Positions 1 to 10,838 of a stretch of DNA of 64,000 bases are shown here, piece after piece. Both the position numbers and the translations under genes were made by a program. How positions within the stretch are numbered: position 1 is the first letter of the stretch; every line of letters begins with the position of its first letter. The notes under the pieces were generated by a model. The model was not told where the DNA came from and searched no databases. It worked only from the letters and a program-made list of their open reading frames with translations. Source of the stretch: a virus; the IMG/VR virus record IMGVR_UViG_3300038760_000071, positions 16,260 through 80,259 of that record; one strand, written 5' to 3'.

Positions 1-2
1 CC

Positions 3-1550
3 TTCGATATCATCAAAAAACTCATAACCATCTAATAACAGGTTTAGTACAGTATTATTTGTTTTCTCCTCTAAAGGTTTTAGAGGTTGGGCTTTAAATA
101 ATGCATACTCATTACCATATGGATCAAACTGGTATTTGTCTATTATACCCTCTTCATACAAATCTGTAAAATTTAAATTGTAACTTAGCTCATTTAAAAT
201 TGATAACTCATCAGAGTCCCGCTCTTTAGTGTTATATGGCTCAAATGTTGTTGTTTTGTGAGTAATATAGGGGTCACCTGATGCTATACCACTAGATGCA
301 TTTCGAATATTCTTTCTATTATCAATCTTAAATGTAACTGGATAAGCACTTTGCGGATTAACCGTAACATTACCATACAATTCCGGGTCTGGAAAAATAT
401 AAACTTTATTATTTTCTAGATCCTCTACATTAATTGTATATGTATAATTATCTGCATTTAGCTTGAAGAGCCCTATATTATCAGGTTCGAAAAATATACC
501 AACATCTCGCAATAAGCGTATTTCATTACTTTCTACAGTTGCTGTATCTGCAGTTTGTAGGTTTAATAGGTTATTTGTAGGTGTATCTGCTTGTATTAGT
601 AATCCAGAGGTAGGTGGGAATGATGTGGTATCTATATAATAGATGTCAGTACCGATATATTTCTCTAGTAACCTTCTCTTAAGAGCATATATTTTTGATT
701 GACTGCACCCATCTATAGTGTTGTTGTTAATGAGTGTATTAAGTGGATTCTCCGGATTACATATTGGGTCAAATGTATTAATTGTTAGTTTGGGCGGGTT
801 AATACTAAATGATCTTATACTTTCTAGAAAGCTAGTAGATGTTAAAGCATCTATTGCATCCGGGTCTAAAAAATATTTTGATTCAATATCATTAATATTA
901 CTATCATATATCTCTTCGCGAAGACCATCATCTGTTGTTGTTCTCGGTAAATCAAAATAGTTGCTATATACATCAATATATTCTTCTATATCTATATTAA
1001 AATTTGCAGCAATTGTATCTACATCATATGTCTTAGAATGTAATGTATCTTCCGCGGTAATTACAAAGTTATATATGTTGTCAAAAATTGCTTTCTCTAC
1101 ACCAGTTTTACTACCTTTAATTTTATTACGCTCAATTACATATTTGCTTTCATCCCGCTTCTTTTTATAAAACAGAGCTATATCTTTTAGTTTGTTTGCA
1201 AAAAAAGGAATCGCGATGTCTAAATCAGCAGGGTCGTTAAAGTTAATTTTCTGTAAGAATCGTTTTTCGCTCTCAGTAGTATAATTAACTACTATTTCTT
1301 GAATAAACTCCTTATAATAGTTTTTAAATTGCGTGAGTTGCTCTGCCTTAGATCCGCCCTGTTTTGAATACCAGAGTTTTAAATATTTGTTATAGAAGGA
1401 GCTATATTCCTCTGGAGTATAGTCAACACGTGTATATGTAATGAAATCGAGAAATGATAGTGGTGCAATACTATCTCGAATATCATCTTGAGGTGTTGAG
1501 TTAATAATAGAAAACCCAACCTCAACCGTTTTATAATTTTCACCTGCCAT
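3..1550 (-). CDS. Large virion/baseplate structural protein, partial (runs off the window's left end)
   Basis: Minus-strand ATG at 1550 (MAGENYKTVEVGFSIINSTP...) preceded by TAAATA; absent from the ORF track, presumably because no stop falls inside the window; follows the baseplate genes. Confidence 0.55.
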   Translation of the reverse strand, partial: MAGENYKTVEVGFSIINSTPQDDIRDSIAPLSFLDFITYTRVDYTPEEYSSFYNKYLKLWYSKQGGSKAEQLTQFKNYYKEFIQEIVVNYTTESEKRFLQKINFNDPADLDIAIPFFANKLKDIALFYKKKRDESKYVIERNKIKGSKTGVEKAIFDNIYNFVITAEDTLHSKTYDVDTIAANFNIDIEEYIDVYSNYFDLPRTTTDDGLREEIYDSNINDIESKYFLDPDAIDALTSTSFLESIRSFSINPPKLTINTFDPICNPENPLNTLINNNTIDGCSQSKIYALKRRLLEKYIGTDIYYIDTTSFPPTSGLLIQADTPTNNLLNLQTADTATVESNEIRLLRDVGIFFEPDNIGLFKLNADNYTYTINVEDLENNKVYIFPDPELYGNVTVNPQSAYPVTFKIDNRKNIRNASSGIASGDPYITHKTTTFEPYNTKERDSDELSILNELSYNLNFTDLYEEGIIDKYQFDPYGNEYALFKAQPLKPLEEKTNNTVLNLLLDGYEFFDDIE

Positions 1551-1563
1551 TGTTATTATTTAT

Positions 1564-3642
1564 TTAAAATAATTCTAACCCATCATATAAAGCATTAGCT
1601 AATATGTTTGATACAATACCGTTGTCTTTTGACCAATCATTGTAAGAAGTTAAATTACGTGTTAGTGTGTTGTTAGGATCATTAAAGTTGATAACAGAAT
1701 CTACTACCAAACGATCACTAGAAGCCATTTCATAAAAATTATATATATCAAATATGTCTTTACCACCACCAGATAGTAATGGCCAGCCCCAAGTTTCATT
1801 ATAATCACTTAGTATATAGTAGTCTGTGCTAAGGTCAGTTCTAATGGTTGGAGGATTTGAAGCACTAAGGGGCAAATATGTGTTAATCTGAATATACTTA
1901 CCGCTATATTTTTCGAACGCTACTATATTGTTGCCTGGTACAGCACTAGAATTGAGAGTTAGTGTACTACCCAAATTTGTACCGTAGTATTCATTATTTG
2001 CATATCCAAATGTTAAATAATTTTCTTGATTTATATTATACTCACCAAACAAGCGAGATTTACTAATTGAGAGTAGATCAATTAACCTAGACAGTTTTGA
2101 TGGTATAGAGAATTTATTTAAAGATGCTACATCTAGACTTTTTAAGATTGCTGATAGTTGATCAATATTAGCATAGTCAATTATTGTATTATTATTTTGA
2201 AAGTTTTTAATCTTCTCATATGTGCTCTTACCAATACTATCTTGAGCAGAACTCAAATCACCAAATATTGAACCAATAAAATCATTCATTAATATAGTGG
2301 TATCAGTAAAGAGTGGTTGTATAGCAACATCTTTAAAAACATCTGTAAAATCAATATCTTCCCCTTGCTTGGCTATAATATAATAGCTACTAGGATATAC
2401 TGTAAATGTGTTACTAGTACCGGTGATCATGTTACTATCATATAAATAGTTTGCTGACAAATACACATTTTCAAGGGTTGCTGTATTTGTTGTTGTGAAT
2501 GTACCTTTATAAAATCCTCCTATGTCTAGATCGGCTAGATCTAAAAAATTGGATGTGAAAACGGTATTATAATTTGTGGTACCATCTGTTAGCACAATAT
2601 TTAGCGGTGAGCTAGGAACTGCACTTAGAAGCGGCATGTTTTTCTGAGTAAAATACTCACTATCTTTAACTCTCACCACAAATGCAATTTTAGTGTTTGC
2701 AAATTTGGTATCATTTATATTAAAGATGTTAAGTTGTGATCCTTCACCATCTACACCATTAGATGAGAATACCAAGCTATCATATGATGTATTTTCTACA
2801 ATATTTGCAGATATACCATAGGTAGTGGTGTTAGCAGATTCAAATATACTACTCTCTTCAAAACCAAATAATAGATTATATTGTCCAGTTACATCACTCT
2901 TAAAATATGTGGTTGCCAAGCCTGATATTCCGGCAAAAACAGCACCTGAGGCAGTTGCAGAGGTGTGAACTAATTCTTTTGAATCTGTTAATTTAACATA
3001 TATATCTGTATCTACGGTCGTGATAGTATCCACTTGTATAGGCTCAATAATACCATTTGTTGTTAAGTATTGGAAAAAAGTAAAGTTGGGGTATACGTGC
3101 CCGTATGTCTTACCCGCTAACCCCTGGGCAAAGTAACCGTAGTTGTAATCATTACCACTAGATATATAGGGAGTAATGGTGGGCGATGTACCTGTTGATG
3201 TAGTTCTCGCCGAGTTATATCGCTCAATAGTTATTGGGTTCTTGAGTTGACCTGTTTTATGATTTATATCTGCATTTGATGAAATTTGAAGCTTATCTTC
3301 CACGTAATCAAATATATCAATATTGGTAGAAAATATATTATGATAACTAATACCATCACCATCATATAGATAACATGTTACTTTGTATTGACCTGGTTTA
3401 GAGTACGCATGTGTAGCTGAGATTTGCTTTGATATGGTACCATCTCCAAAATCCCACCTCAGAGTTTTATTTGAAATAAACTTCTCAATACCATCATTTA
3501 AGACAGGTTTAAAATAGAGTGGTGTGATAGGTAACGCGTAGCTGCTATAGGCTTGCGTGCCAGTATAATTCTCTACATAGAAAAAGTTATATAATAAACT
3601 AAAATCACCAGAGTTATCTAATTGTATAGCATTGAGTGCCAT
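1564..3642 (-). CDS. PKD-domain baseplate/tail structural protein
   Basis: WDFGDG...HAYSKPGQYKVT PKD signature; next to the gp6-like gene. Confidence 0.6.
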   Translation of the reverse strand: MALNAIQLDNSGDFSLLYNFFYVENYTGTQAYSSYALPITPLYFKPVLNDGIEKFISNKTLRWDFGDGTISKQISATHAYSKPGQYKVTCYLYDGDGISYHNIFSTNIDIFDYVEDKLQISSNADINHKTGQLKNPITIERYNSARTTSTGTSPTITPYISSGNDYNYGYFAQGLAGKTYGHVYPNFTFFQYLTTNGIIEPIQVDTITTVDTDIYVKLTDSKELVHTSATASGAVFAGISGLATTYFKSDVTGQYNLLFGFEESSIFESANTTTYGISANIVENTSYDSLVFSSNGVDGEGSQLNIFNINDTKFANTKIAFVVRVKDSEYFTQKNMPLLSAVPSSPLNIVLTDGTTNYNTVFTSNFLDLADLDIGGFYKGTFTTTNTATLENVYLSANYLYDSNMITGTSNTFTVYPSSYYIIAKQGEDIDFTDVFKDVAIQPLFTDTTILMNDFIGSIFGDLSSAQDSIGKSTYEKIKNFQNNNTIIDYANIDQLSAILKSLDVASLNKFSIPSKLSRLIDLLSISKSRLFGEYNINQENYLTFGYANNEYYGTNLGSTLTLNSSAVPGNNIVAFEKYSGKYIQINTYLPLSASNPPTIRTDLSTDYYILSDYNETWGWPLLSGGGKDIFDIYNFYEMASSDRLVVDSVINFNDPNNTLTRNLTSYNDWSKDNGIVSNILANALYDGLELF

Positions 3643-3658
3643 ATATTAATATTTAATA

Positions 3659-5485
3659 TTACAATCTCTGAATGGTAATTTTATTGGCTATATTTGTAAT
3701 CTCGTAGAAATAAGCAAACTCAAAATCATTTAATTTGTAGTTTCTATTAACAACTATATTATCTTCGCGCCGATAGCTAGGATTCCACACGACAAAGCTT
3801 AAATTCGATACTGACACATTTCCATTGACTGTCTCTATACCTGTAATGCCATCAATCGCAAAAATATCTTGTGCGATACTAGATGTATCAACAACATCAC
3901 CTAGCTCCACATTTGCAAAATATTTTTTAAATATATTCGATATAGATGTTTTAATAGTATAATCATTACTAGCAGTATTAGTATCGATAATTATCTTAAG
4001 ATACGAGTTATTAATAATATTATCAACATTATCAGCTGCTAATGAACTAGTAACACCAAAACTAAAAGCCTTAAATATTGGGTCCGACATCACAACATTA
4101 TGTGTAATATCCTTCTTATCATGACAAAAATCCGCTATCAGTTGTTTTTGCGACGGGTTTAAAAAGTTCGGTAATTGACCATTAATAATGGGTTGATTTG
4201 CTGGTAATGTGTATACATACACATTATTAAAATTAGTTGATGTTGAAAAATCAACCTGACTAGTTAATATCCTACCATTATCATTTGGTGTCTGTAACCC
4301 TATCCGCTTATAGTATGATAGGACCTTGCTAGTATAATCATCATTTGATATAACCTTTACTTTTTTTGTTATATTATTAAAATGTCTATTAATTTGAGCT
4401 GTATAGTCATTAATGGTTACTAACCGATTTTGAGTAGAGAATATCTTAGGCGCATTTAGTCTAATATTATCAACAGTCTCAGCTTTTTTAATCGGAGTCG
4501 ATCCAAAGTTGTTATCAACTAATAAATCACTAAGCTGTTCTGGACCTACCAACCTGGTATTGCTATCATATATATAATTTTTTATCGCGTTAAATACTGG
4601 TGAGGTATAAAGGTTGAACTTCTGGTCTCTAAGTATATTTTTACCAACAACACCCAACTGATTATCAGATACCATATAAAAAATAACTATATTTTGGCCG
4701 GTTGCTAATTGTTTACCGTTATTACCATTACCAAATTTAAACTCGTAATTACCACTTGAGTTAAACTGCTTTTCGTAATAATTGCATCCTGTATCTACGA
4801 GAAATAGTGATGTTGTCTCGATCCATTCTTCCCATGCCCCTGTATCAGCATGTTGTGTATATATACGAAATGCATTATCTGATATAAATTTACGATCATC
4901 AATATTGCTAACACTCTCAACAACTTGTTGTGAGGTATATCGATCAATGAGGGTTAATATCTCATATGGTTCACCGCTAGCAGTAAATGTTGCTTCTTTA
5001 AGTGTGCCTTCAAACAAAATATCAGTATCAATTGATACTGCTTCAGTAGTGGCTACCGTCTTTTGAAAAATAATATCGTCTAAAACATAGTAGTTGACAC
5101 CTGCCACCGGAACATATGAAAACCTAGGTAGGGTGTATAGCTCTTGCGATAAGTTTGCTGCAGATAGGCTAAAGTTAATTATTGACGTTTGATCACCTAG
5201 AGGCTTGTAACCAATATTTGACACAAGCTTGTTCATATTTTCATACAATGTAGCGGTGGTAAATGTTGATTCGTTTGAGGTGGTGTTTAGATAAAACAGC
5301 AAAACATGATACATGTACGCAACTACATCAATAAAGGCACTAAAATTAGATCCCTCGAAGTTTTGATCTGTAAATGTACCGTTTTCATTTAATCTTTCGA
5401 TTATCAGGCTTTTGAGCGACTCCGCATCAAAGCTAAGATAGGCATTTTTCGGTAATTTATAATCTGTTAAATTTTCTAAACTCAT
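3659..5485 (-). CDS. Baseplate wedge subunit, T4 gp6-like
   Basis: FTDQNFEGSNFS, ESTFTTA, FGNG and APKIFSTQNRLVTINDY motifs typical of gp6/baseplate J. Confidence 0.85.
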   Translation of the reverse strand: MSLENLTDYKLPKNAYLSFDAESLKSLIIERLNENGTFTDQNFEGSNFSAFIDVVAYMYHVLLFYLNTTSNESTFTTATLYENMNKLVSNIGYKPLGDQTSIINFSLSAANLSQELYTLPRFSYVPVAGVNYYVLDDIIFQKTVATTEAVSIDTDILFEGTLKEATFTASGEPYEILTLIDRYTSQQVVESVSNIDDRKFISDNAFRIYTQHADTGAWEEWIETTSLFLVDTGCNYYEKQFNSSGNYEFKFGNGNNGKQLATGQNIVIFYMVSDNQLGVVGKNILRDQKFNLYTSPVFNAIKNYIYDSNTRLVGPEQLSDLLVDNNFGSTPIKKAETVDNIRLNAPKIFSTQNRLVTINDYTAQINRHFNNITKKVKVISNDDYTSKVLSYYKRIGLQTPNDNGRILTSQVDFSTSTNFNNVYVYTLPANQPIINGQLPNFLNPSQKQLIADFCHDKKDITHNVVMSDPIFKAFSFGVTSSLAADNVDNIINNSYLKIIIDTNTASNDYTIKTSISNIFKKYFANVELGDVVDTSSIAQDIFAIDGITGIETVNGNVSVSNLSFVVWNPSYRREDNIVVNRNYKLNDFEFAYFYEITNIANKITIQRL

Positions 5486-5574
5486 AGTGAACCTGCTATC
5501 TATATTTATGCCGGAAGTTACTGATTGCCGATAAGGATAGTCTAAAGCATAACCATCTTTATATTAGCTCCTAG

Positions 5575-6060
5575 CTAAACAACAACATACCCTTCTTTAT
5601 TTAGCGTGGCGTTGAACGATAAATTGTAAATATCTAGTGTTGGTATAGAATACTCTATTTCTATTATATACGTATTATCGTCAGGACTACCTTCAATTAA
5701 AACTGATTTTAGTGTTATTCTAGGCTCCTGCTTTCCTAAATTTTCATATATAGCAACAGCGATAAAATATGCCGTTGTTTGTGTTATCGACTCAAATAAA
5801 TAGCTTCGAAGATCTAGCCCAAATAGGGGATTTAATAGTTTTTGTCCGGGAGTGGTTGTTAAAATATTTTTAACAGAGTTAATTACCGCACGACCATCTT
5901 GTAACTCGTTTAAATCTCTAGGCTCTTGTGTTGAATATAGTTCAGGTCTATTAAATTTAGATAAGTTTAAATCAAATTTAATATCCTTATATAGATATCC
6001 CTGCTCTAGAGTTTTTTTCTCTAAAGTGTTTTGCTCGATATTGTCTAATCTTATTGCCAT
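5575..6060 (-). CDS. Baseplate wedge subunit, T4 gp25-like
   Basis: SVKNILTTTPGQKLLNPLFGLDLRSYLFE and QEPRI motifs. Confidence 0.9.
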   Translation of the reverse strand: MAIRLDNIEQNTLEKKTLEQGYLYKDIKFDLNLSKFNRPELYSTQEPRDLNELQDGRAVINSVKNILTTTPGQKLLNPLFGLDLRSYLFESITQTTAYFIAVAIYENLGKQEPRITLKSVLIEGSPDDNTYIIEIEYSIPTLDIYNLSFNATLNKEGYVVV

Positions 6061-6135
6061 TAACTTTGTACCCTTCCATAGTAGTTTTTATAACGTGTAT
6101 GTGGCATATGTATATTTAGTCTGTATACTATATGA

Positions 6136-6399
6136 ATGGAAATAAAAGCGCATAGAACGGAAGAGGTGATGGTCACAGTTAAGCCGACAAATGTAATTAA
6201 ATCCCTACAAATAGAATTCTTTAAAGCGATCAATATCTCATCAGATTCTACTATTGTGGATGGTAGTTGGGTTGTAGAAGAGAGTATCCACCCATCTGGA
6301 AATTGGACACGTGATGTTACAAGTCGTGATGCTACTTCAAATGAGCAGAATATATACAAAAGTTTAAAACAGTTAGAACAAAATTGGTTGAAGCTGTAA
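6136..6399 (+). CDS. Hypothetical protein
   Basis: 87-aa ORF filling the intergenic gap. Confidence 0.5.
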   Translation: MEIKAHRTEEVMVTVKPTNVIKSLQIEFFKAINISSDSTIVDGSWVVEESIHPSGNWTRDVTSRDATSNEQNIYKSLKQLEQNWLKL

Positions 6400-6448
6400 A
6401 ATATGTAATAAATGCTATATAATTTTTTATTATTGTATAAATAATTGT

Positions 6449-7027
6449 ATGGCTAAAAAGAAAAGATTTTTACCTCTACTCGAATCCTACATGCGTAGAT
6501 ACGAACGTGGAGGTTTTTTAGTAGGTGATATTTTTAAATTTAATGGAAACTTTAAATCGAGTGATGATTATAAGCAGTTAGGTCAAAATGTTAAGGATCT
6601 AATTGATCAAATAAATGACTCAGGATTACATATACATGTAGTTAATATTAGGGATGAGAATCCACAACGCTACCCAGCTGGTGATGACGGTGCGTTACTA
6701 CCGATATTAGATATTGCGTTAAGCACTAGTGGTGGGCGTACATCTCACCATGTATCAATCCCCTGTAGCTTAGGTACACCTATTAGCTATGCTCCTAACC
6801 TACCCCCTATCCCCGACTCTCTAAGACGTAAAGATAAAGTTAATATCAAGCCTGAGGAGTTAGAGCAGGATGAAGAGAATTTAGCAAATAAGACAGATAA
6901 GGGTGATGGTGTATTGTCTCAGTCGAGAATATCTTTACCTACTACAAACAGTAGTATACCGTCTGATCCAGCTACACCATCAGCTGATGTACATTCGTAC
7001 ACTAAGGACTATTTGACTGGTCTATAG
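6449..7027 (+). CDS. Hypothetical late protein
   Basis: 192-aa ORF directly after TATAAATA (6436-6443). Confidence 0.6.
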   Translation: MAKKKRFLPLLESYMRRYERGGFLVGDIFKFNGNFKSSDDYKQLGQNVKDLIDQINDSGLHIHVVNIRDENPQRYPAGDDGALLPILDIALSTSGGRTSHHVSIPCSLGTPISYAPNLPPIPDSLRRKDKVNIKPEELEQDEENLANKTDKGDGVLSQSRISLPTTNSSIPSDPATPSADVHSYTKDYLTGL

Positions 7028-7957
7028 AGCTTTCTCTAGATTAATCCAACAGGCAAAGGCGTTAATTTCTTTGTCTAAGACATGCGCAGACTTATATAAA
7101 TGGTCCGCGATGATCGCGATCATCTCCTTCTTCTTAAGATCAGCTATATCTTGTATATAAATGTGATTTAGGAAGTGAGTTAACAGCGTGTCGTAATCAC
7201 CTTGAAACCTACCTTCATTTTCAATTAAGTGTTTTCTAAGACTAAGTGTATCGGTTAACTTAGATAGAATTGTGTCAAGTAGTTCAGTATCTGCTGAACA
7301 GGTATCGATACATAACTCACCATCAATTACACTTTTCTGTAATTCGTTTATAGTTTTTCTAAGATCGGGGAAATATACCTTAACTAACTGAACAAATTTC
7401 TTCTTCTGCTCATCACTAATAATGACATTCTCTTGCTGAAGTATGTTATAGCATCGCTTAACAGCGTTTTCAATAGCCGGTTTAAGTTCTAGAGATTGAC
7501 ATCTAGATTGAAGAGCTGGAATTATTTTATGCTTGTAATTTGCGGTTAATATAAACCTACAATACTTAGCAAATGATTCCATAGTGTTCCGTAGCGCTTG
7601 CTGGGCTTGTGAGGTTAGACCATCTGCTTCATCTAAAATAATTACTTTAACCTTACCATCAAATGATTTGGTCTGCGCAAAATTTGTTATTTTATAACGA
7701 ATAGTATCGATACCAGATTCATCAGATGCATTAAGATACATGTAATTGCATTTGAGAATATCATTTACGATAACTCGAGCAGTAGTTGTCTTACCTGTAC
7801 CGGGCGCCCCGGTAAACAATAAGTTAGGAATCTCGCCTTTTATATTACGCAATACCCTAGACGACTGATCATCTAAAACTAATTCATCTAGATTTGTCGG
7901 GCGGTAAGCTTCACACCAAATCCCCTTAAAGTCTAATTTATTAATTTTATTATCCAT
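7022..7957 (-). CDS. Sliding-clamp loader ATPase subunit (gp44/RFC-like)
   Basis: YRP, GAPGTGKTT Walker A, NASD, DEAD Walker B and LQSRC motifs. Confidence 0.95.
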   Translation of the reverse strand: MDNKINKLDFKGIWCEAYRPTNLDELVLDDQSSRVLRNIKGEIPNLLFTGAPGTGKTTTARVIVNDILKCNYMYLNASDESGIDTIRYKITNFAQTKSFDGKVKVIILDEADGLTSQAQQALRNTMESFAKYCRFILTANYKHKIIPALQSRCQSLELKPAIENAVKRCYNILQQENVIISDEQKKKFVQLVKVYFPDLRKTINELQKSVIDGELCIDTCSADTELLDTILSKLTDTLSLRKHLIENEGRFQGDYDTLLTHFLNHIYIQDIADLKKKEMIAIIADHLYKSAHVLDKEINAFACWINLEKAL

Positions 7958-8001
7958 TGTATATTATATCGAAATTATCGTTTATGTTCCTTTAAATTTA
8001 A

Positions 8002-8424
8002 TTAGTTACCTGAAGAACCAAACCCCTTATCGCCCCTCTCACTATCGCTGATATCACCCTCAATGCAGATCACCGGGTGATTCTGATAAACCACGAACTG
8101 CGCAATTCGATCTCCAGCTGTTATTTGATAATCCGTGTCTGTTAAATTGTATAACTTTACACCTGCATCAGAACGATAACCTTCATCGATAATACCTGGG
8201 TGTGGTAAAATACCATGTTTAAAGCCAAGCCCCGAACGGCCTTCAATCTTAACCCAAAAGCCGGGTTCGATATATGCAAATTTTAGCCCAACATCAACTA
8301 CAGCTGATCCTCGAGCAGGAATTGTAATATCAACGACTGATGTTACATCCAACCCTGTATCATTACTATGGTTTTTTGTTGGAATTACAGCTTTATCGGT
8401 TGTCTTTTTAAATTTAATTACCAT
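8002..8424 (-). CDS. dut: dUTPase
   Basis: GLD, RSGLG, GIIDEGYR, GDRIAQ and RGDKGFGSSG motifs. Confidence 0.95.
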   Translation of the reverse strand: MVIKFKKTTDKAVIPTKNHSNDTGLDVTSVVDITIPARGSAVVDVGLKFAYIEPGFWVKIEGRSGLGFKHGILPHPGIIDEGYRSDAGVKLYNLTDTDYQITAGDRIAQFVVYQNHPVICIEGDISDSERGDKGFGSSGN

Positions 8425-8479
8425 ATGCTATATTATATGATATATTGCCAAAAAATCAATAATAAGATTAAATATATGT

Positions 8480-8926
8480 ATGGCTAGTGAAATTGATACT
8501 GCGGTAAATGATATTATCACACAAATCAAGGATCATAAGAACGCTGCGAATACATCAACAACAGTAGATTCTATACCAGATATTAATAACTTGGAAGAAT
8601 TTATTATACAAAAGACTAGCACGCTTATTAATAGATCAGTTGATATGGTAGAAGATGTTAAAGATTATATATCCTCAGCGCCAGAAAATAGGGATGTTGC
8701 ATCGTTGGCCGAGCTTATAAGAGCTTCATCATCAGCTATTGACACACTATCAAAAATTCATACTTCAAGAGAACAAAATAAAAATAGAATAGAGGTTAAG
8801 GAAATTGATATTAAATCAAAAGAAAGGCTTAATGTTATTGATAATCAAACTAAGGTTCTTTTATCTAGGGATGATGTGTTGCAGGTACTTATGGGTAATG
8901 ATGGTAATATAATTGATATTGATTAA
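8480..8926 (+). CDS. Putative terminase small subunit (gp16-like)
   Basis: 148-aa helical protein whose SAPENRDVASLAELI...TLSKIH and SRDDVLQVL patterns resemble T4-like gp16; TAAATA upstream. Confidence 0.45.
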   Translation: MASEIDTAVNDIITQIKDHKNAANTSTTVDSIPDINNLEEFIIQKTSTLINRSVDMVEDVKDYISSAPENRDVASLAELIRASSSAIDTLSKIHTSREQNKNRIEVKEIDIKSKERLNVIDNQTKVLLSRDDVLQVLMGNDGNIIDID

Positions 8927-10830
8927 TCACTTACACCTACCGGAGTCCGCGGATCCGCCGTCCCTACCGTCCCCGACTCGGCAGTTACACTGTTTAACTG
9001 ATTCTTTATCTGGTTTATATCACCAATACATATTTTAATCTCAATATTACGCTTATCATGAATGGGTACAAGCGCTTCCCACCCAGCGTCCGCAAATATT
9101 TTATCTTGAGCTTTTATTAGTTCAGTCTCCTTGATTTCCGTTTCTCTATCTCTTGCGAAACTTGTCCTTTGTTTCCCACTTATACTACCAAATAAATGTT
9201 TGTGTGCCGCAGGTGTGAAATCAACATTATTTTTTCTTTGTTCGTTGCGATCAACCATTTTAAATAATTTCCAGGCTGCATTATTGTTACCCACTATTCG
9301 TGCCGCTACAAAACTTTTATTTTTTTTACCTAACTCTTTAAAACTACCTCCTATAAATCCAGGGCCTGTTAAACTATCCCACAACCTTCTACTGACCGCT
9401 ACCCCGTCATTAAAGATTTTATCTTGTTGTATTTGCTCAAACGCCTCAGAGCTTAGCTCATGATGATAACCATTTTTAAATTTATTTACAATATATTGAA
9501 CATCTGGAAGCGGTGCACCAGTGTTGTCTAGCGCAGCCGCTAGTCCATTTAACTGATCAGCACTGCTAATAATATCTGATGGACACATTTTAATACTATC
9601 ACCAAAACAACCGGTGCCAGACATTGTTAAATCATCCCCCTCCTTCCCGGTTCTGTCTGTAGTAAGGTTATCAACATAAAATGTCTTTGCTTCTGTATCA
9701 ATGAACCCTGCAAATACTGAATAATTGCCGGCTCCCGTGTTAGATGTAGGTAGAGATAAGGATTCAGATATGAATGTATCGCCTTCTGCTATAATTTTAG
9801 GGTTACTAGGCCTCTGAGAAATGGCATCTTTAAGCCTCTCTTCCCCAGTGGTTGTATTCTCAAATACACCAACAGGATCAGTTTCATACTGTATACCATT
9901 ATACTGGTGGGTTTGAACAGTCATTGGAGAACTCAAATTATCCTCATATGGATTATATCTATAAGAGTGTTGAAACTTATCAAAGCATCCACCCATCTTA
10001 CCCTTAATTTGTGTTAATATAGCGCTACCAGCTGCTGAATAATCATAATAGGATTTTATATCTGGAGTATACCTATACATCTTGCTAGTATCTCTCATTG
10101 AACTACCATTTTGAGCGAGTTTAATAAGTTCTTTAATATCCTTTTTACCTGCTAGTATAGCTTGTGTATTGCCTATTGCTTTTTGAGTTACCTGTGTAAT
10201 ATCTGTTAATGCGTTTTGAAATACTGCTGGTATCTTATTGTAAACAGCTTGATCTAACCCATTAATAATATTTGTAAATGTTCCAGATAGTGTACCAACG
10301 CCGAAGGTGTTTCTATCTGTTTTAGTTGACGCCGGTTGTGATAATCTACCTATACTATCAGAGGTTGCTGAGAAAATATTACAAGGAGAGTTTAAACAAT
10401 CTGCTAACGCGGTATTTAGCTTATTTTGGAACGAATCTCTAAACCCCGATCTACCTGCCACACCAACTGCAATACCCCCTACCGTGTCATCTGCATTACT
10501 TGAAGCATAGTTAGCGGGATTTGCAAACCTATCATGTAATTCCCCTATTACACTACTAAATATAACAGGGATGTTTACCATTTTGTCCACATAAAAATTA
10601 GTAGTGCTCCAATCTATAAACCCACTACTCAGTGTTAATAATTCAGTTACATCATACGCAGCTTGGAGATTACCATTAATTGCTTTATTAAAATTGATAG
10701 CTATATCTAAATCTACCTGTAGGTCCGGATCCTCCACAAATTCACAGAATGGTGTGTTATGCTTTAGATAGTCTTTGCTAATAGCAATACCAAAAAGCTT
10801 TTCATGTAAATTGTTGCCATATATGACCAT
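8923..10830 (-). CDS. Putative baseplate hub/tail-associated protein
   Basis: 635-aa ORF in the tail module after a late promoter; no diagnostic motif recognised. Confidence 0.4.
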   Translation of the reverse strand: MVIYGNNLHEKLFGIAISKDYLKHNTPFCEFVEDPDLQVDLDIAINFNKAINGNLQAAYDVTELLTLSSGFIDWSTTNFYVDKMVNIPVIFSSVIGELHDRFANPANYASSNADDTVGGIAVGVAGRSGFRDSFQNKLNTALADCLNSPCNIFSATSDSIGRLSQPASTKTDRNTFGVGTLSGTFTNIINGLDQAVYNKIPAVFQNALTDITQVTQKAIGNTQAILAGKKDIKELIKLAQNGSSMRDTSKMYRYTPDIKSYYDYSAAGSAILTQIKGKMGGCFDKFQHSYRYNPYEDNLSSPMTVQTHQYNGIQYETDPVGVFENTTTGEERLKDAISQRPSNPKIIAEGDTFISESLSLPTSNTGAGNYSVFAGFIDTEAKTFYVDNLTTDRTGKEGDDLTMSGTGCFGDSIKMCPSDIISSADQLNGLAAALDNTGAPLPDVQYIVNKFKNGYHHELSSEAFEQIQQDKIFNDGVAVSRRLWDSLTGPGFIGGSFKELGKKNKSFVAARIVGNNNAAWKLFKMVDRNEQRKNNVDFTPAAHKHLFGSISGKQRTSFARDRETEIKETELIKAQDKIFADAGWEALVPIHDKRNIEIKICIGDINQIKNQLNSVTAESGTVGTADPRTPVGVSD

Positions 10831-10838
10831 ATTATTAT

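Noticed and set aside
718-1170. Plus-strand ORFs 718-960 and 961-1170, and similar short antisense ORFs within structural genes
   Set aside because: They lie opposite long, better-supported minus-strand genes and have no recognisable motifs
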